From assembly GCF_036588685.1 (NCBI RefSeq), contig NC_086375.1, forward strand, positions 33,046,001-33,110,000: a stretch of DNA of 64,000 nt, written 5' to 3'. Below the pieces are notes generated by a model. That model did not search any database, was not told where the DNA came from, and was given only the letters and a program-made list of their open reading frames with translations. This document shows, piece after piece, positions 61,520 through 64,000 of the stretch (position 1 is its first letter; each line of letters opens with the position of its first letter). Source of the stretch: Mytilus trossulus (Eukaryota). A program made the position numbers and the translations under genes.

Positions 61520-63897
61520 CATTCGTTCCAGGAGATCTTGGATTTTTAGGAAAATTTGATCCAAACCAATACTTTCAAAACTGTAAGTAGTATTCATGTA
61601 ATATTATTTTATCAATCTTTAGTCAGTCTGTTCAAATTTTAGTTGAATATTTCTGGTACTTTATATTTGCGATTTGCACATATGACTTTATTTTCATTCT
61701 TTATAGTAAGATTTCATATTAAAAAAATACATCTTCATTATATCAGAAAGGAGGTGCATTTAATGACAGCCTGTGTTTTGCTTTTTAAACTTGTATTTTT
61801 TTCCCATCTCAGCAATAAATAACAAGAAAGCTTGGAAACAGACCTGGGACGGTTCTTGGCCAAACAAAGGTAAGACAAAACTATAATAAAACATTTAAAT
61901 GATGATATTTTTTCTATGATATTTTGTCATTTGTACGAGAAAACGTGTATGCTTAATCAATCTCTCTCAGCTAAAACAAAACCCTCATCAAATATACCAG
62001 ACCTGTAATTTTGTGCCTTCTTCAAAGACACTTAAGTAACGCTCAAATGAAATAAATATAAAGGTTGAATAGAGTACACGTACAAAGATGAAGAACATTG
62101 GTGATCCAAAATTACAAAGGCTAAAAGATATTTTTCATGCCGACATTATCATAGACGATGATTCAAATCAGCAGCAGTTTATCGATGTTCAAATCTCATT
62201 ATCGATTAAGAATCGACATTAATTTATCAGTTAATTGTGTTGGGAATAAAAAAAGGCTTATCAAAAATTGAAAACAACACGTTTAATAATTTCTTGCGTC
62301 CGAAGCGCTTTTTCTGGATTTACCTTCATCTGAAACGCTCAAAGCCAAACATTTGAAATCCGAAGATGTACCGAAACCGTTGAAGAGCTATATTTCAAAA
62401 ATACCAAAAATAAATAGCCAAATCCATCTCAAGACAACTTTGCCTGAGTGAATTGAAACCTTAGTTTCTGAATAATTTCAAAATGTATAAACGGACAATT
62501 TTAGTGAAGTTTGTTAAATCATGTCAATACCGAAGTACTCGCTACTGAGCTGATGATACAATCGGGGACTGATACTACACCAGCAGAGTTATCGACCCAG
62601 TGGTGTAAACAATTGAAAGCAACACGTTTAATAATTTATTGCGTACGAATCAAATAAAATTTTACTTCTCTTATCATAATACTAATTATAATGATGATAA
62701 TGATAATAACAGTGATAATAATAAATTTGATATCTGTTATTCTCTTTTATGCTGCTGCTTATGTATTCAATAAGTTCAAGACTGTTATAATTCGTCAATT
62801 TAATCATATCTTTGAGATTTCTCACACAAAGTATTATTCTCAGGTGGAAGCCAAAACGAACTGACGACGACTAAAGCAACGCCATCAGAAGTGGACAAAG
62901 AATCGCGTTTTGGGAATACAGATATTAAGGAAGAATTAGTTCAATCTGCTCAAGGGAACAATAACCACCATGGTATGTTCTTTTGTTGTCACTATGATGT
63001 ATGTTCTTATGTTGAAATCATAATCTTTCAGTCAGTTTAATGGAAGTCTGGAGCTGGCATATCAGTTAACTGCTAGTAGTCTGTTGTTATTTGTGTATTA
63101 TTGTCATTTTGTTTATTTTCTTTGGTTACATCTTCTTACATCAGACTCGAACTTCTCTTGAACTGAATTTTAATGTGCGCATTGTTATGCGTTTACTTTT
63201 CTACATTGTCTAGAGGTATAGGGGGAGGGTTGCGATCTCACAAACATGTTTAACCCCGCCGCATTTTTGTCAGGAGCTTCTGACCTTTGTTAGTCTTGTA
63301 TTATTTTAATTTCAGTTTCTTGTGTACAATTTGGAAATTAGTATGGCGTTCACTATCACTGAACTAGTATATATTTGTTTAGGGGCCAGCTGAAGGACGC
63401 CTCCGGGGGGGAAATTCTCGCTACATTGAAGACCTGTTGGTGACCTTCTGCTGTTGTTTTTTCTATGGTCGGGTTGTTGTCTCTGAGACACATTTCCCAT
63501 TTCCATTCTCAATTCTATATTGTAAAAATTTCATCGTTTGAGTCTAGATTGAACATCTATCAATACCGAGAAGATTTGCGTGTTTGCACCTTTCCCGTCA
63601 GAAAAAAATATGAGAACATGCACTTCAGGCCACTTCATAACTACTATTAGTTTAAAAAATATGTAGTGAAAATCAGTAAATTGTATATAATTTTAACACA
63701 GTACGATTTTAACACAGTGATGTATAAATCCACACTTGTGCAATGTCTGATGGATTTTCAAGCATATAAATATAATTGACATATACATGTCGAAAGGAAT
63801 TTAAAGATTAAGAAACTCCATTAAATCTTATGCTACCCCTCATTATACATTCTAGAGGTGAAGGATAAAGTAAAGACATGGGACGGATCTTGGCCAG
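61520..63897 (+). CDS. Gene H (partial): micro-exon gene with FDPN and repeated TWDGSWP motifs; exons 61520-61582, 61813-61869, 62844-62972 and 63856-63897
   Basis: Four phase 1-1 GT-AG exons of 63/57/129/42 nt are stop-free: FVPGDLGFLGKFDPNQYFQN / SINNKKAWKQTWDGSWPNK / GGSQNELTTT...NNHH / EVKDKVKTWDGSWP. Start exon not found; the gene probably continues beyond the window. Confidence 0.7.
63010..63520 (+). mobile_element. Repeat family 1 copy in a gene H intron
   Basis: Matches ~32100-32575 and 474-883. Confidence 0.75.
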
Positions 63898-64000
63898 GTA
63901 TTTATATGTTAATAAGATATGTTATCATAAATATAAACCACACACGAAAAAAAAAAGCCGAACAATAACTGTCCTAAAATTGTTACATAAGGTTGTTTAC

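Overview
AT-rich, intron-containing eukaryotic DNA. The repeat landscape looks like a bivalve mollusc, possibly Mytilus, but that is recognition from memory and not verified. Two things dominate the window. (1) A cluster of eight genes for low-complexity Gly/Ser/Asn/Gln/Met-rich proteins that share a short F-[D/N]-P-[N/S] motif. Genes A-D are on the minus strand and E-H on the plus strand, diverging from a central ~7.4 kb spacer. I rebuilt the spliced models by hand: genes A-G each have a 40-67 nt phase-1 signal-peptide exon. Several carry prohormone-style marks (basic cleavage site followed by Gln; Gly-Lys/Arg amidation signals). I cannot name this family. (2) A near-intact 9.3 kb AcademH/AcademHP-type DNA transposon (12023-21340) with ~126-129 bp TIRs and a 10-bp TSD. 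It encodes a RecQ-like helicase, a spliced ~1100-aa transposase with two PHD fingers and an extra SGNH-hydrolase gene, all bracketed by inverted 126-bp repeat arrays. It is inserted in the 3' UTR of gene C. The rest is non-autonomous Helitrons, MITEs, a 350-bp tandem array, and degraded Penelope-like and Tc1 fragments.
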